From assembly GCA_964371585.1 (NCBI GenBank), contig CAYJMD010000001.1:18950-82949 (forward strand): a stretch of DNA of 64,000 nt, in the 5' to 3' direction. Under the pieces are notes generated by a model. The model searched no databases, was not told the DNA's origin, and saw only the letters and a list, made by a program, of their open reading frames with translations. A program made the translations under genes and the position numbers. Origin of the DNA: an uncultured Clostridiaceae bacterium (lineage in GTDB: Bacteria; Bacillota; Clostridia; TANB77; CAG-465). The number at the start of each line of letters is the position of its first letter. Position 1 is the stretch's first letter. This document shows positions 31,136-42,462 of the stretch, piece by piece.

Positions 31136-33121
31136 ATGCAAGAAGATAAAAATAAAAATAAAAGAAATAAATTTTTTAAATCTAGTAAAGATTTAGGAAA
31201 AAAAATAAATGAATTTAAAAAATTAGATAAAGAAGAAGTTACTAGTGAAGTAATGAATGTAAAGGAAGATGTTGAACTTCCAAAAATAAAAAAAGAAGTA
31301 GAAAAAAAATTAAATAAAAATGTTGACATAGCTTTTGATGAAAAAGATTTAAATGTTAAAGAAAATAAAAACAAAACAAAAAACAAAACTGAAAATAAAA
31401 AAGATAACAAAAAAAGTTCGAAACTAAAGATAATCCCACTTGGTGGACTAAATGAAATTGGAAAAAATATTACAGTGTTTGAATATGAAAATGATATTGT
31501 AGTTATTGACTGTGGACTAGCGTTCCCAGAAGATGATATGCTAGGTGTAGATATAGTTATTCCAGATTTTACATATTTAGAAAAAAATAAAGAAAAAGTT
31601 AGAGCTGTTTTAGTAACACATGGTCATGAAGATCATATTGGTTCTATACCATACTTCTTAAAGAAAATAAATGTTCCAATATATGGTACAAAACTTACTT
31701 TAGGATTAATAAAAGCTAAACTTATGGAACATAGACTTGATAAGTCAACAGAACTTAAACAAATCATGCCAAGAGATACTATAAAAATAGGCAAAATGCA
31801 AATAGAGTTTATTAGAGTTACTCACTCAATTGCTGATGCTGTTGCTATTGCAATTACAACAGATGAAGGAACAATAATACATACAGGTGACTTTAAAGTT
31901 GATTATACACCTATTGATGGTGGTATGATGGATCTTCAAAGATTTGCAGAGCTTGGTAGTAAAGGTGTTACTCTTTTAATGTCAGATAGTACAAATGTTG
32001 AAAGACCAGGACATACGATGTCAGAAAAAAATGTTGGTGCTGAACTTGATAAAATATTTATCAATTCTAAAAAAAGAATTATAGTAGCTACATTTGCTTC
32101 AAATATACATAGAATGCAACAGATTATAAATGCTGCTGTATATTGTAATAGAAAAGTTGCAGTTGTTGGTAGAAGTATGATTAATGTTATTAAGGTAGGT
32201 ACTGAACTTGGATATATAACTGCTCCTGAAGGGACAATTATTGATATAGATAAAGTTCATATATACAACCCAGAACAACTTGTAATAATTACAACAGGTT
32301 CTCAAGGTGAACCAATGGCAGCACTTTCAAGAATGTCTGCTGGTGAACATAGAAAAGTAAATATAACTCCAAATGATTTAGTAATATTTTCTTCATCTCC
32401 AATTCCAGGTAATGAAAAATCTGTTAGTAGAGTTATTGATGAACTTGAAAAATTAGGGGCTGAAGTTATATACAATGAACTTGCTGATGTTCACGTATCT
32501 GGGCATGCATGTCAAGAAGAATTAAAATTAATGTTAAGCTTAGTAAAACCTAAATACTTTATGCCTGTTCATGGTGAATATAGATTTTTAAAACATCATG
32601 GTGAAATAGCTAAAACTTTAGGAACTCCTGCTGAAAATGTATTTATCATGGAAACAGGTAAAACTTTAGAACTTTCAGGTGAAGTTATAAAAAGAGGTCC
32701 TCAAGTTCAATCTGGTATTGTACTTGTTGATGGTTTAGGTGTTGGTGATATTGGTAACATCGTTTTAAAAGATAGACAAATGTTATCTGAAAACGGAATG
32801 ATTATAGTAATTATTACTATGGATAGAAGAACATCAAAAATTATATCAGAGCCTGAAATTGTAACTAGAGGGTTTGTATACGTAAGAGAAAATGAAGCTT
32901 TAATGCAAAATATAAAAACTTTAGCTAAAGAAGAAATTGAATTATGTATTAGAAATAAACAATTAGATTGGAGTAGTATTAAAGGTAATGTAAGAGATGC
33001 TCTTGCAAACTTTGTATACAAAAAAACTAAACGTGAACCTATGATACTTCCAATAATTTCAGAAGTAGATATTGATGGATATTTTAAAAAGTCTACTAAA
33101 GAAAATAGTGAAATTAAATAG
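31136..33121 (+). CDS. rnj: Ribonuclease J (metallo-beta-lactamase/beta-CASP) with a roughly 95-aa lysine-rich N-terminal extension.
   Basis: 'VTHGHEDHIGSIPY', beta-CASP and C-terminal domain. RBS GAGGAGG before the ATG at 31136. The extension is low complexity (K/N/E). Confidence 0.85.
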   Translation: MQEDKNKNKRNKFFKSSKDLGKKINEFKKLDKEEVTSEVMNVKEDVELPKIKKEVEKKLNKNVDIAFDEKDLNVKENKNKTKNKTENKKDNKKSSKLKIIPLGGLNEIGKNITVFEYENDIVVIDCGLAFPEDDMLGVDIVIPDFTYLEKNKEKVRAVLVTHGHEDHIGSIPYFLKKINVPIYGTKLTLGLIKAKLMEHRLDKSTELKQIMPRDTIKIGKMQIEFIRVTHSIADAVAIAITTDEGTIIHTGDFKVDYTPIDGGMMDLQRFAELGSKGVTLLMSDSTNVERPGHTMSEKNVGAELDKIFINSKKRIIVATFASNIHRMQQIINAAVYCNRKVAVVGRSMINVIKVGTELGYITAPEGTIIDIDKVHIYNPEQLVIITTGSQGEPMAALSRMSAGEHRKVNITPNDLVIFSSSPIPGNEKSVSRVIDELEKLGAEVIYNELADVHVSGHACQEELKLMLSLVKPKYFMPVHGEYRFLKHHGEIAKTLGTPAENVFIMETGKTLELSGEVIKRGPQVQSGIVLVDGLGVGDIGNIVLKDRQMLSENGMIIVIITMDRRTSKIISEPEIVTRGFVYVRENEALMQNIKTLAKEEIELCIRNKQLDWSSIKGNVRDALANFVYKKTKREPMILPIISEVDIDGYFKKSTKENSEIK

Positions 33122-33158
33122 GATTTAATTAAATAATTAAAATAAATTATACTTTTAA

Positions 33159-34856
33159 ATGAAAAGAGATGAAAATATGAATGATAAAAACATACAACTG
33201 GCAAATTTAATATTTCCAGATATAAATATTACCATTGAAGATTTAGAAGTAAAATATCCAGTAAGAAGTGAAGAAGGTAGCATAACTAGATTTGCTCCTT
33301 CTCCAACTGGTTTTTTACACACAGGTGCATTATTTACAACTCTTGTAAATAAAATTATTGCTAAAAAATCTTCTGGTAAGTACTTTTTAAGAATAGAAGA
33401 TACCGATTCTTCAAGAGAAGTAGAAGGTAGTGTTAAATTATTTACAGATGAACTTGCTAAATTTGACTTATCACCAGATGAAGGTGTTATAGCTGAAGAT
33501 AAAGAAATTGGAGATTATGGCCCATACACTCAAAGTAAAAGAAAAAATATTTATCATGCATGTGCTAAATATTTAATTGAGCAAGGTCTTGCATATCCAT
33601 GTTTTTGTAGTAAAGAAAATATAACTGCAACAAGAGAATTACAAGAAAAAAATAAAGTTGTTCCTGGATATTATGGAGTATATGCTAAATGTAGAAATTT
33701 AACTATAGATGAATATATAGAGAAAGTAGAAGCGGGTAATGAATTTATACTGAGATTTAGATCTAGTGGAAATCATTTGAAAAAAATGTCTTTTGTAGAT
33801 GCTGTTAAAGGTAAAATTGAAATGGCTGAAAATGATCAAGATTTAGTTATCATGAAAAAAGATAAATTGCCTACATATCATTTTGCACATGTTTGTGATG
33901 ATCATTTTATGAGAACTACACATGTAGCAAGAGGAGAAGAATGGCTTCCATCAACTCCAATGCATATTGAACTTTTTAAAGCTATGAACTTTACATGCCC
34001 TACATATATTCATATACCACTAATTATGGTTAAAGATGGAGATAGTAGAAGAAAGCTAAGTAAAAGAAAAGATAAAGAAGCGGCAGTTTCATATTTCATC
34101 ACTTCAGGTTATCCGGTAGAAGGTGTTATAGAATATTTAATGACACTTATGAATTCTAATTTTGAAATGTGGAGACAAGCAAACAAAGATAAATCAATAT
34201 ATGATTTTGACTTTAAATTAAATAAAATGAGTTCTGCAGGTTCTTTGCTTGATATGGATAAATTAAAAGATTTATGTAAAAATTATATAGCTTCACTTTC
34301 AAGTGAAAAATTATATGAAAAAATAGTAATGTGGTCTAAAGATAATAATGAGAAAATACATACTTTAATAACAAGAGATGAAAGTTATTCTAAAAGAATA
34401 CTTGCTATTGAAAGAGATAATGCTAAAAAAGTACGTAAAGATCTAATTAAATATGAAGACTTTATTAGTCAATATAGTTATTTCTTTGAAGAAGAATATG
34501 AGCAAGATATTTTAGAAAACGGATATGATTTTGCTATTGATAATGAAAATATTAATAATGATTTAATAAAAGAAATATTAAAAGAGTATATTAATGTTTT
34601 TGATATAAATGATACTAAAGAGCAGTGGTTTAATAAAATTAAAGAATTATGTGCTAAGTTTGACTTTACTACAGATATGAAGGCATATAAACAAGATCCT
34701 TCTAGTTTTAAAGGAAATGTTGCACAACTTGCAACAATAATAAGAATTGCAATAACAAATAAATCTAATACTCCAGATCTTTCTGAAATAATGAATGCTA
34801 TATCTGAAACAGTAGTATTAAATAGAATAAACAATGTTATAAAAAATTTAAAATAA
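33159..34856 (+). CDS. gltX: Glutamate--tRNA ligase (class I, Glu/Gln family) with an atypical 'HTGA' in place of HIGH and a long C-terminal extension.
   Basis: 'RFAPSPTGFLHTGA', 'LRIEDTD', 'KLSKRK' (KMSKS). Confidence 0.75.
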   Translation: MKRDENMNDKNIQLANLIFPDINITIEDLEVKYPVRSEEGSITRFAPSPTGFLHTGALFTTLVNKIIAKKSSGKYFLRIEDTDSSREVEGSVKLFTDELAKFDLSPDEGVIAEDKEIGDYGPYTQSKRKNIYHACAKYLIEQGLAYPCFCSKENITATRELQEKNKVVPGYYGVYAKCRNLTIDEYIEKVEAGNEFILRFRSSGNHLKKMSFVDAVKGKIEMAENDQDLVIMKKDKLPTYHFAHVCDDHFMRTTHVARGEEWLPSTPMHIELFKAMNFTCPTYIHIPLIMVKDGDSRRKLSKRKDKEAAVSYFITSGYPVEGVIEYLMTLMNSNFEMWRQANKDKSIYDFDFKLNKMSSAGSLLDMDKLKDLCKNYIASLSSEKLYEKIVMWSKDNNEKIHTLITRDESYSKRILAIERDNAKKVRKDLIKYEDFISQYSYFFEEEYEQDILENGYDFAIDNENINNDLIKEILKEYINVFDINDTKEQWFNKIKELCAKFDFTTDMKAYKQDPSSFKGNVAQLATIIRIAITNKSNTPDLSEIMNAISETVVLNRINNVIKNLK

Positions 34857-34873
34857 AGAAAAGAGATGAAATT

Positions 34874-37663
34874 ATGAATAAAGTAGATTATACTTCAACA
34901 CTTAATCTTCCTTCTACTTCTTTTCCAATGAGAGGTAATCTTCCAGAAAGAGAACCGTATTATTTAAAAAGATTTGAAGATGAAAAAGTATATGAAAAAT
35001 TATTAGAAAAAAATAAAGATAATGAAAAATTTATACTTCATGATGGCCCGCCATATGCAAATGGTGATATACATATGGGACATTCTTTAAATAAAGTTAT
35101 TAAAGATATAATAGTAAGATATAAAACTATGAATGGTTTTTATTCTCCATATGTTCCAGGTTGGGATACACATGGTTTACCTATTGAAAAAAAGGTTCAA
35201 CAAGAAAAAAATATATTTGCAAGTGAAGTTGGTGCATATAAATTTAGAAAAATATGTGAAGATTTTGCTAAAAAAGCTATTGAAAGACAAGCAACTCAAT
35301 TTAAAAGATTAGGTGGGCTTGGAGATTATGCTAAAAATAGATATTATACATTTGATGAAGATTTTGAAGCTTCCCAAATTGAAGTTTTTTGGGAAATGTA
35401 CAAAAAAGGATATATCTATAGAGATTTAAAACCTGTATACTGGTGTAGTGATTGTAATACTGCACTTGCTGAAGCTGAAATTGAATATCATGATCATGAT
35501 TCAACTTCTATTTATGTTAAATTTAATGTTGTTAATGATAAAGGTGTTCTTGCTCAGTTTGGAAATATTTCTGATATGAAATTTATTATATGGACAACAA
35601 CTCCATGGACTCTTCCAGGAAATCAAGCTTTAACTGTAAATCCAGAATTTACATATGCACTTGTTAAAAACAATGCTACAAACGAAATATATATACTTGC
35701 TAAAGATTTAGTGGAAAGTGTTATGACTATAGGAAATGTTCAAAATTATGATATAGTTGGAGAAGTAGTAGGTAAAGATTTAGAAGGAATTATTTGCTCT
35801 AAACCATTAAATCCATCGCTACACTCAAGAGTAATATTAGGTAGTGATAATGATCTATATGTATCTTTAGATGCAGGTACAGGAATAGTTCATACTGCTC
35901 CTGGTCATGGACATGAAGATTATCTAGCTTGTAAAAGATATAAAGATATAGAAATAATTGTACCAGTAGATGATAAAGGGTATATGACTGAAGAAGCTTT
36001 AGAATTTAAAGGTTTAAAATACAGTGACGCAAATGGTAAAATAATAGAAAAATTAAAAAATGAAAATATATTATTTGCAGATAAAAAGTTATCTCATCAA
36101 TACCCACATTGCTGGAGATGTAAAGAACCAGTAATATACAGAGCTACAACACAATGGTTTGCTTCTGTTGAAGGATTTAGATCAGATGTTTTAAGAGAAA
36201 TAAATAATGTTAAATGGCATCCATCTTGGGGTCTAGATAGAATGACAAATATGATCAAAGACAGAGCAGATTGGTGTATTTCTAGACAAAGAGTATGGGG
36301 AGTACCAATTCCAATATTTTACTGTAGCGATTGTGGGAAAGAATTAATTAATGAAGAGACTATTAAGAGAATAAAAACTTTAGTATCAGTTAATTCTACA
36401 AATATGTGGTATGATTTAACAGAAGAACAAATTTTAAGAGATTTAGGCAAATGTGAACATTGTTCATCAACTAAATTTGTTAAAGAAATGGATATCATGG
36501 ATGTTTGGTTTGATTCTGGTTCTACACATAAAGCAGTTATGGAAAATCCTAAATACGGTATTAATACTGATGTTGCAGATATGTATTTAGAAGGTAATGA
36601 TCAATATAGAGGATGGTTCCAATCATCACTTCTTACATCTGTTGCAACTAAAGGTAAAGCTCCATATAAAGAGATATTAACTCATGGTATGGTAGTAGAT
36701 GGAAATGGCAGAAAAATGTCAAAATCTTTAGGTAACGGTGTTGATCCTTTAGAAATAATAAACAAATATGGTGCAGACATTTTAAGATTATGGTGTATAT
36801 CTGCTGATTATAAATCAGATGTTCGTATATCAGATGATATTTTAAAACAAGTAACAGAAGTATATAAAAAAGTTAGAAATACAGTAAGATTCTTACTTGG
36901 TAATATAAGTGATTTTAATGCTAATGTTGATTATGTTAAGTATGAAGATAGAGAAGAAATAGATAAATACATGATGCACAAGTTAAATGTTCTTGTGGAA
37001 GAACTTACTGAAGCTTATGAAGAATATGAATTCCATAGTGTATATAGTAAACTACATAAATTCTGTACATTAGAATTAAGTAGTAAATATTTGGATGTTA
37101 TGAAAGATATATTATATACATTTAGAAAAAACCATGATTTAAGAAGATCATGTCAATCAACAATGTATGATATACTTGGAACTCTAGTTAGAGTTATAGC
37201 TCCTGTAATGTGCTTTACTTCAGAAGAAATATGGTCATTTATGAACCATTCAAATAGTGGAGATGCATTGTCAGTTATGCTTTCTGATTTCCCTAAAGTA
37301 AATAATGATTATGAAAACAATGTTGAAATGATTGATAAATGGAATAAGATTTATGAACTTAAAGATAAATATGCTAAAAACTTAGAAGAAGCAAGAGCAA
37401 ATAAAGTTATAGGTAATTCACTTGATGCGCTTATTTCTGTATATACTTCAGGAGAAGAACTTGAGTTTATAAAAGCTAACATGGAAAGTATTAAACTTGT
37501 ACTTATTGTTTCGGAATTTGAAATTTTTGATAATGAAGAACATAAAGTAGAAGTAGAAAAAGCTTACGGTGATAAATGTGCAAGATGTTGGACATATTCA
37601 TCAACTGTTGGTAGAAATGCAAAAGATGAACATTTATGTGATAAATGTATAACAAATATGTAA
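34874..37663 (+). CDS. ileS: Isoleucine--tRNA ligase (type 1, C-terminal zinc finger).
   Basis: 'PYANGDIHMGH', CP1 editing region, 'KMSKS', C-terminal 'CARCW...CDKC'. Confidence 0.9.
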   Translation: MNKVDYTSTLNLPSTSFPMRGNLPEREPYYLKRFEDEKVYEKLLEKNKDNEKFILHDGPPYANGDIHMGHSLNKVIKDIIVRYKTMNGFYSPYVPGWDTHGLPIEKKVQQEKNIFASEVGAYKFRKICEDFAKKAIERQATQFKRLGGLGDYAKNRYYTFDEDFEASQIEVFWEMYKKGYIYRDLKPVYWCSDCNTALAEAEIEYHDHDSTSIYVKFNVVNDKGVLAQFGNISDMKFIIWTTTPWTLPGNQALTVNPEFTYALVKNNATNEIYILAKDLVESVMTIGNVQNYDIVGEVVGKDLEGIICSKPLNPSLHSRVILGSDNDLYVSLDAGTGIVHTAPGHGHEDYLACKRYKDIEIIVPVDDKGYMTEEALEFKGLKYSDANGKIIEKLKNENILFADKKLSHQYPHCWRCKEPVIYRATTQWFASVEGFRSDVLREINNVKWHPSWGLDRMTNMIKDRADWCISRQRVWGVPIPIFYCSDCGKELINEETIKRIKTLVSVNSTNMWYDLTEEQILRDLGKCEHCSSTKFVKEMDIMDVWFDSGSTHKAVMENPKYGINTDVADMYLEGNDQYRGWFQSSLLTSVATKGKAPYKEILTHGMVVDGNGRKMSKSLGNGVDPLEIINKYGADILRLWCISADYKSDVRISDDILKQVTEVYKKVRNTVRFLLGNISDFNANVDYVKYEDREEIDKYMMHKLNVLVEELTEAYEEYEFHSVYSKLHKFCTLELSSKYLDVMKDILYTFRKNHDLRRSCQSTMYDILGTLVRVIAPVMCFTSEEIWSFMNHSNSGDALSVMLSDFPKVNNDYENNVEMIDKWNKIYELKDKYAKNLEEARANKVIGNSLDALISVYTSGEELEFIKANMESIKLVLIVSEFEIFDNEEHKVEVEKAYGDKCARCWTYSSTVGRNAKDEHLCDKCITNM

Positions 37664-37675
37664 TATGAAAATAGA

Positions 37676-37712
37676 GTGCTAAGTACAATTTAAGTATTTA
37701 GCACTTTATTTG
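37676..37712 (+). terminator. Rho-independent terminator after ileS.
   Basis: GTGCTAAGTAC...GTATTTAGCAC stem followed by TTTATTTG. Confidence 0.55.
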
Positions 37713-37772
37713 ATATTAGTGCATATTAATGATATAATTATAATACAAAATATAACATAAGGAGGAATAAAT

Positions 37773-39377
37773 ATGTTAAAAAAAGTTTTAATATACATGG
37801 CATTATTAATCACACTATTAGTAATGTATTATATTTCATTACCAACTCTTGCTATAAATTCTATTGATGGATTATTTACTATATTCTTTGCAATAGTTGT
37901 TTGTTTAATAGTAATTGGACTAACGAATTATACTAAAATTACTAATAAAAAGGTGATTAATATAGGTATAGGTGTTTGCTGCCTTTTTCCTATGCTTTTA
38001 ATACTATTAAGTGTTATTAGTTCACCACTTTTTAATGCTGGAGCATATGCTGAGCAAATAGGTGAAATTGAAGAAAAACCATTTAATGAAAGTATACTAC
38101 CAGTAGATAATTCACAATTACCTACAGTGGATATAGAGCTTGCGTATAAGCAAGGTGAAAAAGTTTTAGGACAAATACCATCACTTGGTTCACAAGTTGT
38201 AATAGGAGAATTTACACTTCAAGAAGTTGCAGATAACCTTATATATGTAGCACCTCTTGAACATACAGATATACTTAAGTATTTAACTAATCAAACAACT
38301 CCAGGATATATAACAGTATCAGCAACTGATTCTAGTGATGTTAAACTTGTTCAAGATTTAAGTGGAGAAAGTATAAATTTAAAATATTTACATAGTTCTT
38401 CATTTGGAGATTATCTTTTAAGACATGTTAAATTTAATGGTTATGCATTTGACTTAATAACTGATCCATCATTTGAGTTAGATGATAACGGTAGACCATT
38501 TTATGTAATAACTAAATATACAAATGAAATATTTTTAGCAGCTCCAGAAGCTATAGGAACAGTTATTTGTGATGTTCAAACAGGACAAATAACTGAATAT
38601 AGTATTGAAGAAACTCCTGAGTGGGTAGATAGAATAATTCCAGTAGACTTTGTAGAAGCTCAAATAGATAATAATGGTGAGTATATTCATGGTATATTTA
38701 ATTTTTCAAATAAAGATAAATATATGAAAACTCCAGGTATGATTATTGTATATAGTGCAGGCGAATGTTATTATTATACAGGCCTTACTTCTGTAGGATC
38801 TGATGAATCTGTAATAGCATTTATGATGGTAAATACAAGAACAAAAGAAACAGTTAAATTTAATATGAGTGGAGCTACTGAAACAGCAGCTATGAGTAGT
38901 GCACAAGGTTTAGTACAAGATATGGGATATTATTCAACTATACCTATCCCAATTAATTTAAACTCAATACCAACATATTTTATGACTCTTAAGGATTCTG
39001 AAGGACTTGTTAAAAGTTATGCTATGGTAAATATTGAAAACTACTCTATTGCAGCAGTTGGAACAAGTATAGCAGAAGCTAAAAGAAATTATATAAGTAA
39101 TGTTTCTTCATCTGGGAATAATAGTAGTTTAAATGCAGAAAGTTTAACTAAAACTATAACAGGTAAAGTTACAAGAATAAGTAGTAATATAGAAAATGGA
39201 AATACAAATTATTATATGGTACTAGATAATAATTTAAAAAATTTATATATAGCTCCATATAACATAAGTGAAGAACTTCCAGTAACAAGAGAAAATGATG
39301 AAGTTCAAATTACATATATGGAGACAGATATAGGATCTATATCAATAACTTCATTTGATAACTTAATGTTACAATAG
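37773..39377 (+). CDS. Hypothetical membrane-anchored/secreted protein of 534 aa.
   Basis: Two N-terminal TM helices followed by a large S/T/N-rich extracytoplasmic domain. Confidence 0.45.
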   Translation: MLKKVLIYMALLITLLVMYYISLPTLAINSIDGLFTIFFAIVVCLIVIGLTNYTKITNKKVINIGIGVCCLFPMLLILLSVISSPLFNAGAYAEQIGEIEEKPFNESILPVDNSQLPTVDIELAYKQGEKVLGQIPSLGSQVVIGEFTLQEVADNLIYVAPLEHTDILKYLTNQTTPGYITVSATDSSDVKLVQDLSGESINLKYLHSSSFGDYLLRHVKFNGYAFDLITDPSFELDDNGRPFYVITKYTNEIFLAAPEAIGTVICDVQTGQITEYSIEETPEWVDRIIPVDFVEAQIDNNGEYIHGIFNFSNKDKYMKTPGMIIVYSAGECYYYTGLTSVGSDESVIAFMMVNTRTKETVKFNMSGATETAAMSSAQGLVQDMGYYSTIPIPINLNSIPTYFMTLKDSEGLVKSYAMVNIENYSIAAVGTSIAEAKRNYISNVSSSGNNSSLNAESLTKTITGKVTRISSNIENGNTNYYMVLDNNLKNLYIAPYNISEELPVTRENDEVQITYMETDIGSISITSFDNLMLQ

Positions 39378-39567
39378 TATAAATAAAATAATAAACAGTA
39401 AATAATAAAAAAACTTCTAATAAAAATAAATACTCCTAACTACTTAATATCAATTAGTAGTTGGGGGTATTTTTATTAAGTGTTAAGTAACAATTTTCTC
39501 TAAATATATTGTAACAGTATTATATATATATGAGTATAATATACTAGTATAAAAGGAATGTGATTAA

Positions 39568-40713
39568 ATGAGAAAAGTTTATGTGGATTATAACGCAACA
39601 ACATATGTTAAAGATGAAGTATTAAAAGAAATGTTGCCATATTTTAAAGATAAATTTGGGAATCCATCTAGTATATATGAAGCTGGTATGATAGCTAAAA
39701 ATGATATAAATAATGCAAGAAAAAGGATTGCTAAAATAATAAATGCTAAAGAAGATGAAATATATTTTACGGGTTCTGGTACGGAAGCAGATAATACAGC
39801 ACTTAAAGGAATAATGAGAGCAAATTTATCTAAAGGTAATCATTTAATTACTACCAAAATAGAGCATCATGCTATTTTAAATACTTGTAAATGTTTGGAG
39901 GATGAAGGTTTTGAAGTCACGTATTTAAATGTTGATGCTACAGGTAAAATAGATTTAGAGGAATTAAAAAAATCTATTAAAGATACTACAGTTTTAGTTA
40001 GTGTAATAATGGCAAATAATGAAATAGGAACTATTCAAGATATACAAAGTATAGGGAAAATATGCAAAGATAATAATGTTATATTCCATAGTGATGCTGT
40101 TCAAGCAGTAGGTCTTATCCCTATTGATGTAGAAAAAGATAATCTAGATAGTATAAGTGTATCAGCACATAAATTCTATGGTCCTAAAGGTGTAGGAATG
40201 TTATACATGAAAAACAATGTACTTTTCAAATCATTAATTGATGGTGGACATCAAGAGTTAGGTAAAAGAGCTGGAACTGAAAATGTACCAAGTATTATGG
40301 CTATGGCTAAAGCTATGGAAATTGCTACAAATAATATTGAAGAAACTAATGTTAAAAATAGTAGTATTAGGGATTATTTAAAAAAAGAAATATTAAGAAA
40401 AATTAGTAATGTAAGAATAAATGGTGATCTAGAAGATAAGCTTAGTAATAATTTAAATATACATATCGAAGGTGTAGATTGTAACTTAATATTGTTAAAG
40501 TTAAATAATAAAGGTATTTATGCTTCATGTTCAAGCGCATGTAATAGTTCTACTAAAGATCCTTCGCATGTACTAAAAGCAATTGGTCTTAGCGATAAAG
40601 AATGTTTAAGTAGCATTAGATTTTCTGTTGGTGAAAAAGTTACATATTCAGATATTGATTACATTGTGTATCAATTGTCTAATATAATTAATGAAATAAG
40701 AGGTAATGAATAA
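39568..40713 (+). CDS. Cysteine desulfurase (NifS/IscS family, PLP-dependent).
   Basis: 'SAHKFYGPKGVG' PLP-lysine region, 'SSGSAC'-like 'CSSACNS'. Confidence 0.85.
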   Translation: MRKVYVDYNATTYVKDEVLKEMLPYFKDKFGNPSSIYEAGMIAKNDINNARKRIAKIINAKEDEIYFTGSGTEADNTALKGIMRANLSKGNHLITTKIEHHAILNTCKCLEDEGFEVTYLNVDATGKIDLEELKKSIKDTTVLVSVIMANNEIGTIQDIQSIGKICKDNNVIFHSDAVQAVGLIPIDVEKDNLDSISVSAHKFYGPKGVGMLYMKNNVLFKSLIDGGHQELGKRAGTENVPSIMAMAKAMEIATNNIEETNVKNSSIRDYLKKEILRKISNVRINGDLEDKLSNNLNIHIEGVDCNLILLKLNNKGIYASCSSACNSSTKDPSHVLKAIGLSDKECLSSIRFSVGEKVTYSDIDYIVYQLSNIINEIRGNE

Positions 40714-40811
40714 AAATCATTATCTTTGTTTTGTTATATAATCCTAACAAATGGTTGAAAAACAATAAAAATAATGGTATAATGTTATGTATATAATTAA
40801 TAGGAGGTCGT

Positions 40812-41315
40812 ATGACAGCATCACAACAAGAATATTTAAAAGTAATATATATACTAACTTTAAATAGTGATAAAGCCAGAGTTACAGATATTGCGATTAA
40901 TCTTAACTGTTCAAAAGCAAGTGTTAACAATGCAATAAAAATATTAAATAATCAAGGGTTATTAAAATATGAATCATATGGAGATATAGAATTAACTGAA
41001 ATAGGAATTAAAAAAGCTAGAGAAATAATAAAAAATCATAATACAATTAAAACATTTTTAATAAATGTACTTAATATAAACGAAGAAGTAGCTCAAGAAG
41101 AAGCAAGAAATATACAGTATTCAGCTTCAGAAGATACAATTAACAGATTTGAATTATACATTCAAAGTGTTATTGATGTAAACACCTTAAGTTGTGATTA
41201 CAATCCATTAAATGAAAAATGTCAAAAATGTTCTAATAAAAGATCTAAAAGAAGGTTTGATGTTAATAATATAAAAAACAGAAATAGTAAATATAAAATG
41301 AAGGAGAATAAATGA
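40812..41315 (+). CDS. DtxR/MntR-family metal-dependent transcriptional regulator.
   Basis: 'EYLKVIYIL....ARVTDIAINLNCSKASVNNAIK.L...GLL'. Confidence 0.6.
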   Translation: MTASQQEYLKVIYILTLNSDKARVTDIAINLNCSKASVNNAIKILNNQGLLKYESYGDIELTEIGIKKAREIIKNHNTIKTFLINVLNINEEVAQEEARNIQYSASEDTINRFELYIQSVIDVNTLSCDYNPLNEKCQKCSNKRSKRRFDVNNIKNRNSKYKMKENK

Positions 41316-42349
41316 AGAAAGTATTGTTAGGTATGAGTGGTGGCGTAGATAGTAGTACATCAGCAATATTACTGCAAAAAGAAGGATATGAAGTTGTAGG
41401 ATGTACAATGAGATTATTTAATTGTAATAACGGGATAGATCAAAATAGTATTGATGCTAAAAAGGTTTGTGATAAACTTGGAATAGTGCATTATACTTTT
41501 GATTTTAGTAGTGATTTTGATAAATATGTAATTTCAAATTTTATTGATACATATTCCAAAGGAAAAACACCTAATCCATGTATTGAATGTAATAAATATC
41601 TAAAATTTAAAGCTATGTATGAAAAAGCAAAAGAATTAAACTGTGAGTATATAGCAACAGGTCATTATGCTGATGTTATGTTCAGTGAAAAATTTAATAA
41701 AAATGTTCTTATTAAATCACAAAATGAAAAGAAAGATCAAAGTTATTTCTTATACAATATCGATAAAAAAATAGTTGATAAATTGATTTTTCCACTAGCT
41801 AAGTTTACATCAAAAGATGAAATTAGAAAAATAGCTGCTGAGCATTCTTTAGAAGTTGCAAGTAAGCCAGATAGTGAAGATATTTGTTTTATACCAGAAG
41901 GTAATTATATTGATTTTCTTACTAAAAAAGGAGTAAAACTAAAACAAGGTAATTTTATTGAAAAAGATGGTAAAGTTATAAAAAGACATGAAGGTATTGA
42001 AAGATATACTGTAGGCCAAAGAAAAGGCTTAGGTATTTCTAGACAAACACCAAGTTATGTTGTTGGTTTTAAAAATAATGATGTAATTATAGGTGAAGAA
42101 AAAGATATCTATTTAAAAGAAGTTAAAGTTCAAAACATAAATTATTTAATAGAAGATTTAGATAAACCTTTAGAAGTTATGGCAAAAATTCGTTATGCTT
42201 CAAAAGCTTCAAAAGCAGTCATTTATCCTAAAGATAATAATGAGGCTCTTGTTGTATTTGAAGAACTTCAAAGAGCTGTAACACCAGGACAAGCAATAGT
42301 ATTTTATATAGATGAAAATATAGTGTTTGGTGGCGGTAAAATAGTTTAG
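41312..42349 (+). CDS. mnmA: tRNA-specific 2-thiouridylase.
   Basis: 'VLLGMSGGVDSS' PP-loop. 'CNKYLKF'. Confidence 0.9.
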   Translation: MKKVLLGMSGGVDSSTSAILLQKEGYEVVGCTMRLFNCNNGIDQNSIDAKKVCDKLGIVHYTFDFSSDFDKYVISNFIDTYSKGKTPNPCIECNKYLKFKAMYEKAKELNCEYIATGHYADVMFSEKFNKNVLIKSQNEKKDQSYFLYNIDKKIVDKLIFPLAKFTSKDEIRKIAAEHSLEVASKPDSEDICFIPEGNYIDFLTKKGVKLKQGNFIEKDGKVIKRHEGIERYTVGQRKGLGISRQTPSYVVGFKNNDVIIGEEKDIYLKEVKVQNINYLIEDLDKPLEVMAKIRYASKASKAVIYPKDNNEALVVFEELQRAVTPGQAIVFYIDENIVFGGGKIV

Positions 42350-42462
42350 ATTCATACTACTATATCTATATTTTGAGTAAATAATGTTAAATGTTTTAAA
42401 AGCTTGTAATAATAGATTAAATATGATATAATCTATACATAAAATATTGAGGAGGAGATCAG

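Noticed and set aside
31136-31430. AAAAC/AAAAT-rich repetitive DNA at the 5' end of rnj, considered as a possible tandem repeat or spurious extension.
   Set aside because: It is in frame with the RNase J core, has a strong RBS at its start, and translates to a continuous K/N/E-rich tail. I treat it as a low-complexity coding extension, not a repeat element.
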